DNA from: Patescibacteria group bacterium
GTDB lineage: Bacteria; Patescibacteriota; Gracilibacteria; BD1-5; UBA2023
Direction: 5' to 3'
NCBI GenBank assembly: GCA_036170735.1
Contig: JAVHPT010000028.1
Location: forward strand, 1-44,384
Length of the DNA stretch: 44,384 nt
Shown here in pieces: positions 22,001 through 33,468 of this stretch (positions within the stretch are counted from its first letter, which is position 1; each line of letters begins with the position of its first letter). The notes below the pieces were generated by a model. It was not told where the DNA came from, searched no databases, and saw nothing but the letters and a program-made list of their open reading frames with translations. The translations under genes were made by a program, and so were the position numbers.

Positions 22001-25000
22001 GTATTCTGGTACCAGCAATACATCGTAGAAATGAGCTTAAAGATCTTGAGAATTCCACTCAGTGCACCGAGTATTTTTGGAATCTTTGGTGGAGGAGGGA
22101 GATTTGGGAGAACAATCTTCGGGAGGGATGGAAAATCCGGAAGGTCTGGAAGATTTGGGATTGCTGGAAGAATCGGGAGGGATGGAAGTGTGATATTGAG
22201 TCAGAAGTTCGGAAGAGAGAGATCTGGAAGGTCTGGAAGCTTGATAGGAGCAAGGTTGAACTGGAATTCTGGAACAGATATATTGATGCCAAGCTGTATA
22301 TCAGAGAGATCGAGGATGATATTTGGCCAACGAGGGAACTTGATAACTGGTATCGATGGAATAATCATGGAAAGAAGTTTGTATTTCCAATATTGTAAGT
22401 TATATCGCTCATTGTGACACACTCCACACTTCGCACTCGTGTCGAAGAAAATATCAATAATTGGTTGCCATCATTCTGCAATTGCCTTGAGAAGTACATA
22501 GAGTTCTGCCCACTTACGGAATCGGATACCATTGTCCTTGATCCATCAGCCTGTGAACTGTGCGATGGTGTTGATATTACAGAGAATCTGTGACATATAC
22601 CGTTGCTTCCATGTCACATATTTCTGGAGTTTTATCGGGAACTGTTTGTATTCTTCTATCCGCTTAAGGTTCTGCGTGATACTGTTGAGAAATCCTCCTG
22701 CATTCAGTGTGATCTTCGCATTGGCACACTCAGTTGCTGATTTTCCTACACACCAATTGCTCATCGCCTGATCTATTTCCCGCTTGTAGTTATTGATTGC
22801 TCGAGCGTATCGATCCAGTTCTCCTGGGAGAATCCAAGGAACATTGATAGCGATATTCCTCGTGGAGAGTGTGATAAATGGGAGTTTTCCGATAAACTTG
22901 TATGCGGCTCGCATCGCGTTGAGTCAAGATGCAACAGTATTGATAACTTTCCCGGCACTTCCATTTAGCTGTTGCTGTTGCCATGCAGCAAAACCCTTTC
23001 CAACTCATGAAGTCACACCAAGTTTTGCTGAAAGTGCCTTCGTGGCATTGGTATTATCATATGCACTTCCCATCTTTGTCTTGAGATTATCATATCATTG
23101 AGAGATCGATGCTGCACTAAACTTCGAGAGGAAGTCTTGAAATGAGCCATCAAACTGGGCATGTTGTCCAAGGGTTGTCGGTGTAAATATAGTAATACTT
23201 GGCGGAGTAAAAAGTGCCTTCACGATCTCATCTCCTTGTCGCTGAAGCCAGTCCATAACAAAATCAGGAAAAGCGGCAATACGCTTATTTTTCACCTTGA
23301 TGATGTTCCCAAGATTGAATGGTTTTGAGCTATCAATCTCAATCCCGATCTCTGTTCCACTCTCTCAAGAACCAATACGAAGAAGTGGTCATCCCGTAAA
23401 ATTCTGGGGTCCACGGCTGGAAAGTTGAGTATAGATAGCATTCCGTCTTGTTGTATTAGGATTTTTTAGGTATGCTATCACATCACTAGTAAAGCTTGCA
23501 TTTTGTATACTTGTTGTCGTTGTTGCTTGCATATTACAACTTCATGCATTCCAAGTATCAGTGATATCTCCAAGTCATGAAACGCCTGTCACATCACCAT
23601 CACCTTCTGAGCCATCTCACTTGCAGAACGGCATTGGTGCAGCAACAACAATACAGTTTCCTCATGGAACAAGAGGAGAGAGTCCTGGTGGTGGAATATA
23701 TCACTTTAGAAGAGCTGGAGCAAGACAAACCGCCATCCCCATTCAAAGAGTAAGAGTTGGTGTTACATATATACGAACCGTATTTGTTGGATCTTGTATT
23801 CAGAGATATCAACCAGCTCAAGGAACAGGCGCTGAACACACTGTACTAAGTCCAAGAGGAGACGCTGGATAAACTGTAGGAATAGGAATACATCCCCAAG
23901 GTCAGTAGAGAGGAAACCCAGTAAGTGATGAAAATTGTGGAATACCTGTAGCTGGTGTAAGTGTTCCAAGTGGTATCCCAAAGAGAGTTGGTACACTTCC
24001 AGGAGCAAGTGGTGCCCAGTTAAGAGGAAAACTCATACACGAACCTCATCCGAATCAGCATCTAAGCCCATTCACGAGATTCCCCGCCATATCACTGAGC
24101 TCCTGAACTGATGAGGTATCAAAGCCAATATCGAACGAATTACCTCCAGAATTCAAGGTTGCATGTATCAATGATCACGATGGTGTTCCAGCATTGCTAT
24201 TTACTAGCTTATCGAGCATTTGTTGTCGATCGTCATGTGTCATGACCGCATCATCTGGTTTCCCATCCCCATTCGTATCCACTGTTTCCATACTATCAGG
24301 AATTCCATTGTGATTGTTGTCGATAATCTGAGAGGCGATACCTTCTGGAAGTTCTGCGGAGGTAAATGTGCGAGATCCCTTCACATAGTCCCGCGCGCCT
24401 GGTCATGATCGCCAGAGAATCATATCAGCTCAACAGGTTGTTGAGTTCTTGAAACCGACATCTCCATAGATATCTGCTCCAGATTCTCACTTTTCAAAAT
24501 CCCCTACCAACATCTCACCATAACTTGCAGGAAGCGCCTTGAGTTCATACGTGATAGTAAGTGTCTGCCCAGCTGGTATATCTCGACCAGCAAAATAGGC
24601 GTCATAGTCCCCTGTTTCAAGATAAGAAAAATCGCGTGTGACGGTTCCATCTCATAAGGTCACTTGATATTTTGTGGTATCTTCCGATGAAAAGATTGCT
24701 GGGATTTTATCAAGATACTCTATATTTTTCGCTGTTTGATTTCAAGTATTTTTGAGTGTAATACTGACTTGTATCCGATCTCATGAGTGAATCGTTGAGT
24801 TTGAGATATCATGGAAACTCCGTGCAACCTCCACTCAAAATGCTGGTGCATACTCGCTTTTTATATACGTATCCATACTTACTCCCGCCGATGAAGTCTC
24901 TGCAGAAGAAAGAGTGGTACCAAATTCATCCGTAATATGAGATAGGTTCTCAGGATTACTTATATCGAGAGGAGATCCATCTCCTGTCGGAAAATCTGGC

Positions 25001-28000
25001 CGAGGGTACTGATAATATACCTCACTCTTTAGTTGTGTATCATCTGTTCCTGTATTAGTTGTTGGAGAAACTCCGAGCGTTCCTGCTGGAATCTGCGGGA
25101 TACTATCCATTTTCAGAGCTCCACCGACTGACTCAGATTGAGCTGAGAGAGTGATTCAAAGATTGGAATCAAGAATCTTCTTTTCAAATACCCCATGTGA
25201 GGCCGTACCATAGAGGACCCCAAGCTCTCCTCATTCAGTGAGATAGACGATATCATCCCGCCCATCAGCATCCATATCATGGATTTTGAACTGGGAGATT
25301 CCCGATGGAACACCACCGCTTACCCCAGGAACCTGTATATCCATCCGCGTAAATTGCCGCTTATTATTATCAATATATATGAGACTTCATGAGTCATTCA
25401 CACCCACTATATCTGCATATCCATCATGGTTAAAATCTCCGATTGAGATTCCCCGATTCACAAGATCAGGAACATAGGAAATGCTCTCCCGAAAGTTAAA
25501 TTTCCCACGATTGTTGAGAAGAAGATCGAGATACCCATCTGTATGAAGTGCTATGAAATCCTCATAACCATCATTATCCATATCACGATGTGCAAAGGAG
25601 GTAACAGGTGATGCTGTTGCTGATGTCAGTTCTGTTCCTATAGTTTTATCGATTCCATCTTGCTCTGTTTCTGGAGCATGTTCATCAACATGGGCAACAG
25701 GATCTCAGAGATTCACAAAAGTAAATGTATGAAACCATTTTGTGGCTTCACCAACAGTATCTCAGGCGGCATAAGAGAGGAGCATGCGATTCTTTCCTTT
25801 CCAACCCACTCATGGAGTCTCAGGAGTAATCGCAAGCGAATCTATGGTATTTGGTCCATTCTTGACTGTATCAATTTCTTTGGTGGAAGAATCCTCTGTA
25901 AACCGATATCAGAAAGTGTCCAAAGAAAATGTACTCTCAGAAAATTGCAAGCTAGAGACACTGGACGTAGCATCAATAGTGGGAGTATTGTAGGTATTCG
26001 CATGGAATGGATCAGCTGCTTTTTCGATTGATTTTTTCTTATCGGTGGCATAGATGAGTTTTCCGATAATTATCCCTCAAGCATTGATATCCATCACAAG
26101 TGCTTTGGAAGAATCCTCTGTATCTGGAGTCAATGAAACTCATGATGCAAGCAAGAGTCGTCAATCTTTCCATACCGTTACAATTGCCTCACTATTTCTC
26201 GATAAGATAAGATTATTTCCAACTACTCACGTCGTAAATCCAGAAGTGTTATCAAGTGCAAGGCGAATATGTCCATCATGAAGCGTGGAGAGGCAAGAAG
26301 AGATGTCGGAGTATATACCTCCCGAATACGAACAAGTATCCAGGAGCGCATTATCCATATGATATACCGCTCGAACAATCGAAGCGTGTGAAACCGTATC
26401 AGTGACGCCAAGTACAGGAAATCATTGTTCAACAGTTATCTTGGGAGTAATAACATTTTCTATTTGACTCGCGGCAGAGAATCCACCTCAAGGGATAATT
26501 GAAAAGAGAGTGGTTGTTTTATATGGAGAATCAAGGAGGGTACTAACTGCAAGGCTCTGTCCAGAACCTGGAAGAGTATTGAAGAGGATATCCTCACCTT
26601 CTCGTAGGAAGTCTCCTCAGGCGAGTACGGTATAACGAGCATTGTAATCGGGAAGAAAATCGAATTGTTCTCGAGCTCATTCGATATACGTCGCATAATA
26701 TGGTATCCCCTTTATACTATGTTCTCAAACAGCATCCGTATAGGTAATAGTTGATGATGCAAGCTCGGGAACCTGCACGATATAATAACCACTTCTCTCT
26801 GGTACTCTATATTCCCCATTTGCAAAGGTTACTATTGTCGGAGATTCGTTATTACGTTTTATGGTTCCAACAAGTGAAGTATGGGTTTGATTGCTATATC
26901 GATCACGAACAGAGAAAACGAGATTTCCTCACTCTTCCTTGTGGGTTATGTACATCGGCATTCATGGAGCAAGAGAGAAGGTAATATCAGGAATCTTCCC
27001 AATACCTGGGATATCTGCAACGAGTTCATGATCTCCTGCACGAGTTCATGGAGTATATGTAAATGATGCGATACCATTTTTAATCGGAATTGCCTCTGAA
27101 TCAAAATACCCAGCATCTTCTGGAAGAGAAAGTGCAGCAACAGAATTGAATCCTGTGAGGATATTACTGGCACCATCGACAATTCGAAGGGTCATAGACA
27201 TGCCAGTTCCTCATACTAATGGGGTATTTGGTCGTGCAAGGATGAGTCGTGCCTCTTGAACAACAGTGATAGTTGATGTTGCATGAATATTGGAATCCGC
27301 AGAAATATTAATAGAAATTGTTCCCGCACTATCTGCACCAAGGAATAGTGGAATCTGTGGCTCCATAGCATCAACGTGGATGGATGTTTTGTGATCTCAA
27401 ACCGCATCGATGATATATCCACCATTCATCTCGATATCGACACTATGAAGGTTTGGGGAAACAAGATTTCAGAGCACATCTTCCAACTCTACCATACCGA
27501 GCGTATTTGATCCGCGTACGATCATGGATGAGATGGGAGTGAAAGATATCTTCGTAAGTGGACCTGACTGAACTGCGAAAGTTATATCACCGCTTTTCCC
27601 GTCTGCATCCTCGAAAAGAAGATGATATACTCATATCTTTTTACTGTATTTTTCTGGAAGGGTAAATTGCGAAGATGAAACCGTGATTCATGACTCTATC
27701 AGAGTGGCATCTACACTATCATAGATATCCATCTTAAGAGGAAATCTTGCAGCAAAAGTATCACCGCTTCCATTTTTGACAAAAAATTGGAATGAAGCTG
27801 GAGAGGTAGAGGTAACATCGATAGACGAATCTCAAGTTGGAAGAACTTCAAGATATTTATCAGAAACATGGATAGGAAACGTATCACCAGTAACAGTATA
27901 AAAGTCCCCTCATGGAAGTGGAATTTTGATGACAGGTTGGAGTGTTACATCAGCAATATTATCTCCACTTGAGAGAACAAATTTTGCTCCAGCATCGTTC

Positions 28001-31000
28001 ATCTCGGAAACACTTGGTGATACTGCAAGATATACCAATCATGGACTCCTCACTGGCGTGAGTGTCACTTCTGTTCCTTCTGGCATGAGGAGACGGGACC
28101 CATTTTTCGTATAGTACACCTGAACATCCAGAACATCATTCATCCCCATACTTGTTCGTGGCATGGCATAAACAATCTTTCCTCATTCGTAAAACTGTTT
28201 TGTGAGGGTAGCACTCGCGCTCGCACTTAGTGGTGGAGCACTTGGAGAATCTTTTCCTAGGGTGCTCGATCCGCAGGAACCCGCAAAAATACGTGGAGGA
28301 AGGAGAGATTGTATCCAACACAGAATTGCCTGTGGCCACTGAAAAAGATTCACTCCATCTGGAGGTCAACATTTATCAGAGTCTCGGTACGGATTATTAT
28401 CACCTCAATCATATGGATCTGAAGTATTGAGTCCGTTGATCTCTGCAAGGTGTATATTATAATCATTTTCAATCTGGTTTACTTCACTATTATCAGTCGA
28501 GGACGGAAAAAATGAAGTCAATCCTAGGTACGCGATCTCATAGGAATCAGAAAGCGTAGGCAACTTTGGTGGACTCGCATATTCTGGTTGCCCAGGATAC
28601 TCATGGGAATATGAAAGCGACGTTTCTATAGCCTGCTTATATTTTACAGTAACATCTGGATTGAGCCAATTCTTTGCCTGAAGCACTTTTACGATAAACT
28701 CATCTGAAACATATTGATTCCAGTCGATAGGAGCGGGTGGCAATATTCATCATGAAAGATATCAATTTGCCTCAATATCCATAGCGGAAAGAGATGTGGA
28801 GTTTTCTTTTGCAAAGATAGTCTGCCACTCGCTATCCGAAACTGTCTTGAGCCACGCACGAACAGAAGCCACGTCCGTTCATGGAGTGTTAAAAAAGTTA
28901 GGATATGTGAGATGAGCGATATTCCCTTTTGGTGTCAAAAATTCAACGTAACGAATCATATCTACTGGAAGCGATGGCGTTACTCCATTCTGTTTTGCAG
29001 CAGCAATCTCATCATCAGTTGGAGATATATGGTGAAGTAGTGATGGTATAGTATGAAATATCTGGTTCTCATATGTTGTTGTGTCAACGGATGATTCTGT
29101 ATCTCCTCCAATCATGATACATGTACGGGCAATCCTTTTTATTACCTGCCCATCAAGAGTGAGCATCCCTGCATAACATGATTTTTTACTATTTTGAGAA
29201 TCATAATCAAGTAGACTTCCTGTAAAAGTTGGAACAACTGGAAGAATATCATGCTGCGTCAGACATGTATATCGTGGCGGATGTGGAACAATCTTAGATC
29301 AGCAAGCTCAAAAAAACATTGATCAAAATCTATTTAACGAAGACCATTCTTTCGGAAATATATCGAAACAGGAGTTCCCAACTCCAATGGCTCATGAGAT
29401 TCATGAATCACCATCTGGGTTAGGATATGAAAACTCATGAGGAGGTGCGAGACCATACTGATATTTTGTATCGAAACAATCCTGAAGAGATGCTGGATCC
29501 ATGCGTGGAGTCTCTTTCATTCCCCCAAGAGAAAATATCGGCTGACTAAATCCTGAAAGGCTTGTTGATCCGGGAACTTCGTCCAAAACGTTTGTAGCAT
29601 CCGAAGATCCTGCCACTCTGAGAATAGAGTTTCATCACCAGTATGACTGCAACCTTGCCTTCCCAGTATTTGGATCAAAACATGAGTATTTGCTATCCCT
29701 ATAGACATTTACGAGTTCTTCTGTGTCATCTTTCATTTTCTGTATCTGCCCTGATACTGACATAACATCATACGCAGTATTTGCCTCTACCAGGACATCA
29801 CGACCAAACTGAGATGTTGCGATATTGGATCAGCGAGCAATAGTACATTGTTCTGGAAGTGTTACTCAGGTACTCATGGTTCCAAAAAAGTAGTTGTTGT
29901 ATATCTGAGGAGCACCAGTAGCTGTTCAGGAAGATAATGGGGAATATTCTGAACCACTGAGAGCTACTCACGTAGACGTTACTACCTGATCAAATATTGG
30001 TATCCTCTTTGCAATCTTTTCATCTATAATAGCCTTATCGATACTTGTTTCTATTACATCATTGGCTGCACGAAGGGTAGAACGGGCAACTTCATCCATG
30101 AGAGTCATGGAAACTGGAGAGAGATCTACATGCACTGTTGAGCCACTCGTATATCTTCCAGCATTGTGAACAAACAACATTGCATCACCAAGTGTTTTCT
30201 CATTGATGATACTCTTGAAGTCTTTTAAAAATGATTGAATAGGAATCTGTGTCTGGATATCAGGCGTCTTCATGATCGTTCCGCTATCAAATCCATCCTC
30301 TCATGGAGCGATACCAAGAGATGCAAGCGTATCATTATTTTCTTTGTTGTTTACCTGATTATATTGTAATAATGCCGTATTGATATCTCCCAGAAGATAC
30401 TTTGTAAACCGCTTATAAGCAACATTCTCGGCATTTTGCATGGAAAGTCCATACTGGAAAAGGCTACGGAGATTTACACTTTTTGACTCATAAAAACCAT
30501 CATAATAGAATACCCTAGGGGGTACCGTAGATGGTGTGAACTTTCCACTCTTCGTATAGAAGTCATGTGTTTTATCGAGGAAGTTCTTGATCTTTGGGAT
30601 ATCTTGACCTATATCCCATGAACGTCAGACAGATGGATTGATAACACCATGCCATATCTCAGCTTCAACATTATTTCGTGTTGCACTCGGTACCGTCTCA
30701 TAGTGAGCAGAACGATCATTGTAAACAAACTGCTTATCAACAAAGTCTACGTACGGATACATGCTCGGGAAATATTCGCCGTCTTGTCCAACCATAGGAA
30801 TAGGAATATTCCCGATCAGCACGGTACCAACAAGATGAGAAACTCAGTTCTGTCCATCTCACTCATAATAAAGTCGCTCATTTTTCGCAGCTATCACTGC
30901 TACAGGAGTATCCTTATCCACAACAAAAAGTGAAACTCGTGTTCAGCCAAGATATCACTCAATATCCTTTGCATACCGTAATACTTCCCCATGATCCGCA

Positions 31001-31170
31001 TTGTACGTCGCTGTATCAACAAAAATCGAGACAATATCCCGATAATTCTCTGGTTGTGCCTCCGCGACATCAAAAAAATCTACTCGAATCGTCTGAGAAA
31101 CAAGTAAACTAAAGATAAGAAATCCCGAAATGTACTTCGACCAAGGAAATGAAAACCGGTTTTTTCGCAT
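19078..31170 (-). CDS. Giant secreted/cell-surface multidomain protein (4,030 aa)
   Basis: About 20 track fragments from 30955-31170 down to 19078-19269 share one frame. I scanned all 202 sequence lines in that frame and found about 95 TGA but no TAA/TAG between ATG 31168-31170 (TAA six codons upstream) and TAA 19078-19080. The N-terminus MRKNRFSFPWSKYISGFLIFSLLVSQ is a signal/anchor. Internal Ig-like, DUF11/CARDB-like, FG-GAP/VCBS and Ca-binding motifs are listed separately. Confidence 0.85.
22066..22245 (-). repeat. Leu-Pro short tandem repeat (coding) within the giant protein
   Basis: Translation: IKLPDLPDLSLPNFGLNITLPSLPILPAIPNLPDLPDFPSLPKIVLPNLPPPPKIPKI. At the DNA level it is an imperfect CTGGAAG/CTTCCAG periodicity. 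Confidence 0.7.
23560..24060 (-). other. Cys/Gly/Pro-rich hydrophobic module within the giant protein
   Basis: Translation: CGFGGGSCMSFPLNWAPLAPGSVPTLFGIPLGTLTPATGIPQFSSLTGFPLYGPWGCIPIPTVYPASPLGLSTVCSAPVPGAGGYLG...MAVCLAPALLKGYIPPPGLSPLVPGGNCIVVAAPMPFCKGDG. It has 8 Cys, a very high P/G content and about 20 TGA codons. I recognised no family. Confidence 0.5.
24247..24327 (-). other. Thrombospondin-type-3-like Ca-binding motifs within the giant protein
   Basis: The translation DNNHNGIPDSMETVDTNGDGKPDD contains tandem DxDxDGxxD motifs. Confidence 0.55.
24540..24790 (-). other. DUF11/CARDB-like adhesion domain within the giant protein
   Basis: Translation: GDRIQVSITLKNTGNQTAKNIEYLDKIPAIFSS...AGQTLTITYELKALP. 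This follows the pattern of the conserved repeat domain found in bacterial surface proteins. Confidence 0.5.
25240..25590 (-). other. FG-GAP/VCBS-like repeats within the giant protein
   Basis: The motifs are DMDNDGYEDFIALHTDG, GDFNHDGYADIVGVNDSG and HDMDADGRDDIVYLTEGG. Each is a D-x-D/N-x-D-G-x-x-D Ca-binding loop spaced as in integrin-alpha/VCBS repeats. Confidence 0.7.
26900..28100 (-). other. Bacterial Ig-like (Big-type) beta-sandwich repeats within the giant protein
   Basis: My translation includes ...IPIKNGIASFTYTPGTRAGDHELVADIPGIGKIPDITF..., ...GDITFAVQSGPLTKISFTP..., ...ADSAGTISINISADSNIHATSTITVV.... These resemble the invasin/intimin-type Ig repeat signature. Boundaries are approximate. 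Confidence 0.5.
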
Positions 31171-31434
31171 AGAGATTTGCGATCTTTAAGAATCTTTTAA
31201 GCCACGATATTTTATGCCGATAAATATATGCTTTTTCACCGCTAAAGCAAAAGGAAAATGAAGAAAAGGTGAAAAAAAATTCGACAAAGTAATGATTTTG
31301 TATATTATGCGCCAGCTGATGGGATTATTGGGTATTTTGTATGGAATTGTAGGGATGCTTTTCTCTTACAATACAAAAGTTTGCCCGAGACTTTCTCACA
31401 CTAAATAAATACCAATACTCCTTGTGTGGAATCT

Positions 31435-31510
31435 GGGAATGTAGCTCAGTTGGTAGAGCAGGGCCCTTTTAAGGCCAAGGTCGCGGGTTCGAGCCCCGCC
31501 ATTCCCACCA
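31435..31510 (+). tRNA. tRNA-Lys (anticodon UUU), CCA encoded
   Basis: The sequence GGGAATG-TA-GCTC-AGTTGGTA-GAGC-A-GGGCC-CTTTTAA-GGCCA-AGGTC-GCGGG-TTCGAGC-CCCGC-CATTCCC-A-CCA folds as a cloverleaf. The 7-bp acceptor and 5-bp T stems are perfect, the T-loop is TTCGAGC, and the anticodon TTT is at 31468-31470. There is one G-A mismatch at 27:43. Confidence 0.92.
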
Positions 31511-33139
31511 TATCTCAGAATTTCAGCTCTCTTTTGACGGTTCTTCCGTTAACGGAGAGCTTTTTTGGTTCGATCACTCTGTTTTTCTGGAAAGATTTTT
31601 CGGGTCGAACCGAAGTATAACCTTTGCCTCGATATCCTCTCTGGATCAAGTCTTTTTTATAATAACCTCAACTTTCTCTACAAGGATATTTATAAGCGTT
31701 TGTTTCTGTGTATTGGAAAGATTCTGAATATTCATATCCAGATTCTCTGAAAATGCTTCTAGTTCTCACTTTGTTGCTTCAGCTTTCACTATAACATCAA
31801 GCAGAGCATCAATCTCACATATACGCAAATCGAGAGAATGTCTTTTTTCTACTTCAACATTTACGAGCCTATCTCGTTTCTCTTGGGAATATGTTCCAGC
31901 GAGAAACATTTTTTCAATGGTAAATTCTATATTTTCACTCTCTTCCATTGCTCGATTCTTCTTCTTTCTCTCTTCAAGGAGTTCTCGATAATTGGTGTCA
32001 TTTATTGATTGTTTTCGATATACCTCAAATAGCCTTTCAGGTTGCTTGATAATATCATAAATGTATCAGAGTACATAGCTATCAAGTGCCTCTCAAGCAA
32101 TTTCTGTATTCTTATGCCATACTTCGTTCAGCCAAAACCCTTTTCTTCGATATCCGTGTCACCCTTTAGTTCTTTTATATCCAACAAAGCCCCTTCAGGT
32201 GGCTATATCCGTAAGCTTCCCTGATAAGAGATAGGAATTTGCACCTCATCCTCTCTGTGTATTTTTTGTGATTCTCTCTAGTGCCTTTTGTGCAATCTCG
32301 AATCTAAGTGGATGAATTATTTCTGGAACAGGAATAGGTATTGGTTCAATTTCTCCTTTTTCATTTTTTGGGTTATATATTGCATTACCTATGTAGGAAG
32401 TATCTTCGAGCATATCACGGACATACGTACCATACCATTTTGTAAATTTTGACTTCTTCACACCTCATATTCATTTAGCAACTTTATTATCGTTGAGCAT
32501 CTGTGCAATTCCATTGAGTGACATTCCATCTATACAGGCATCAAATACTCGACGAACCCATTCAGCCTCAACTTCAATGATACGTAAACCTTTTGTTATC
32601 TTGCCTGTCATTTGGATTTTTTCGTATCAGAATGGTGGAGAACTGATCACGAAATTACCCCTTCGAGCGGAAGCATTTTTTCATTCACGTGTCCGCATCT
32701 TAATTGTCTCTCTTTCAAATTCGGCTAATGCTCCAAAAATTTGGAAGGTTAACTTTCCAATGGGTCAAGAGAAATCAATATTTTCCTTGAGCGAGAAAAA
32801 TCCTACCTTATGAGTCTGAAGTTCCTCAAATGAAGCTAACAGGTGCGAAAGGTTTCGGGATAGCCGATCTATTTTCCAAACTGCTATAATATCAAACTTT
32901 CCTGCCTTAGCATCTTGCATCATACGCTTATATGCAGGACGATTTAGGTCTGATCCTGTATAGCCATTATCGACATACTCCCAACTGGTATCGTGAGTCC
33001 ACTCGTGGTGTTCTCATCTGTACTTCATCATTCACTGAAGATCATTCAGCTGATAATCAAGTCAGAATCAGTCCTTTGCTTGCTCATCAGTTGATACACG
33101 AGTATAGAAAGCGATACGAAATTTTTTATTATTTTCCAT
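31469..33139 (-). CDS. Large serine recombinase (up to 556 aa as an open frame; true C-terminus uncertain)
   Basis: From ATG 33137-33139 the translation is MENNKKFRIAFYTRVSTDEQAKDGFGLDYQ... (catalytic Ser motif; two Gly are TGA), ...IIAVWKIDRLSRNLSHL..., ...FGALAEFERETIKMRTREG..., then a recombinase domain (WYGTYVRDMLEDTSYIGNAIYN) and a coiled-coil tail. The frame has no TAA/TAG until 31469-31471, which lies antisense inside the tRNA-Lys anticodon loop. Confidence 0.85.
31525..31566 (+). terminator. Rho-independent terminator after tRNA-Lys
   Basis: AGCTCTC (31525-31531) pairs with GAGAGCT (31555-31561), with an inner ACGG/CCGT stem, followed by TTTTTT. Confidence 0.65.
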
Positions 33140-33218
33140 AGGTTATTTTTATGGTAAGAAACTCTAAACAGTATATCAAAAAGTATTACGAAATAAAATG
33201 AAAATTTATACTGAAGGT

Positions 33219-33252
33219 TAAAAAAATAAGAGATCCCTATTGGGGATCTCTT
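33219..33252 (-). terminator. Rho-independent terminator ending the minus-strand cargo operon
   Basis: A 10-bp perfect stem AAGAGATCCC/GGGATCTCTT (33228-33237 / 33243-33252) is followed on the minus strand by A-TTTTTTT. Confidence 0.7.
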
Positions 33253-33267
33253 GGAAATATCAAAAAA

Positions 33268-33417
33268 CTAAGCTCAAAGCAAACAACGTAGTAGATTCTT
33301 ATCTATTTCTTCAGACTCTGAGGAAGATAAGTTCTTAAACTCCACCGAAAAAGTGATAGTACCTTTTCTTTTTGAATTTTGAGGGATTACGTATGTATTT
33401 GGTTGGAGTTTTTTCAC
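33268..33417 (-). CDS. Possible small protein (49 aa, GTG start)
   Basis: An open frame ends at TAG 33268-33270, 16 nt before the terminator hairpin. It has no ATG start and no family. Confidence 0.25.
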
Positions 33418-33468
33418 AGTGTCTACAAAGGAATTAAATCTTTGAAAACACTGTACCCGAAGGAAGGA

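Noticed and set aside
22059-22292. Short periodic repeat that might be taken for a CRISPR-like or tandem non-coding array
   Set aside because: The period is about 7-21 nt with no unique spacers of CRISPR size. It lies inside an open reading frame and translates to an LP-repeat linker.
21191-22417. Long + strand ORFs (219, 184 and 162 aa) with striking W/K/R/G-rich repeats (WKIRKVWKIWDCWKNREGWK)
   Set aside because: They are antisense shadows of the giant minus-strand gene. The repeat is the complement of its Leu-Pro repeat. The minus frame is continuous and protein-like, and the plus frames have no family signal.
31292-31408. 38-aa hydrophobic ORF (MILYIMRQLMGLLGILYGIVGMLFSYNTKVCPRLSHTK) between the giant gene and tRNA-Lys
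   Set aside because: It is too short to support without conservation or expression data, and it lies in the likely promoter region of the giant gene.
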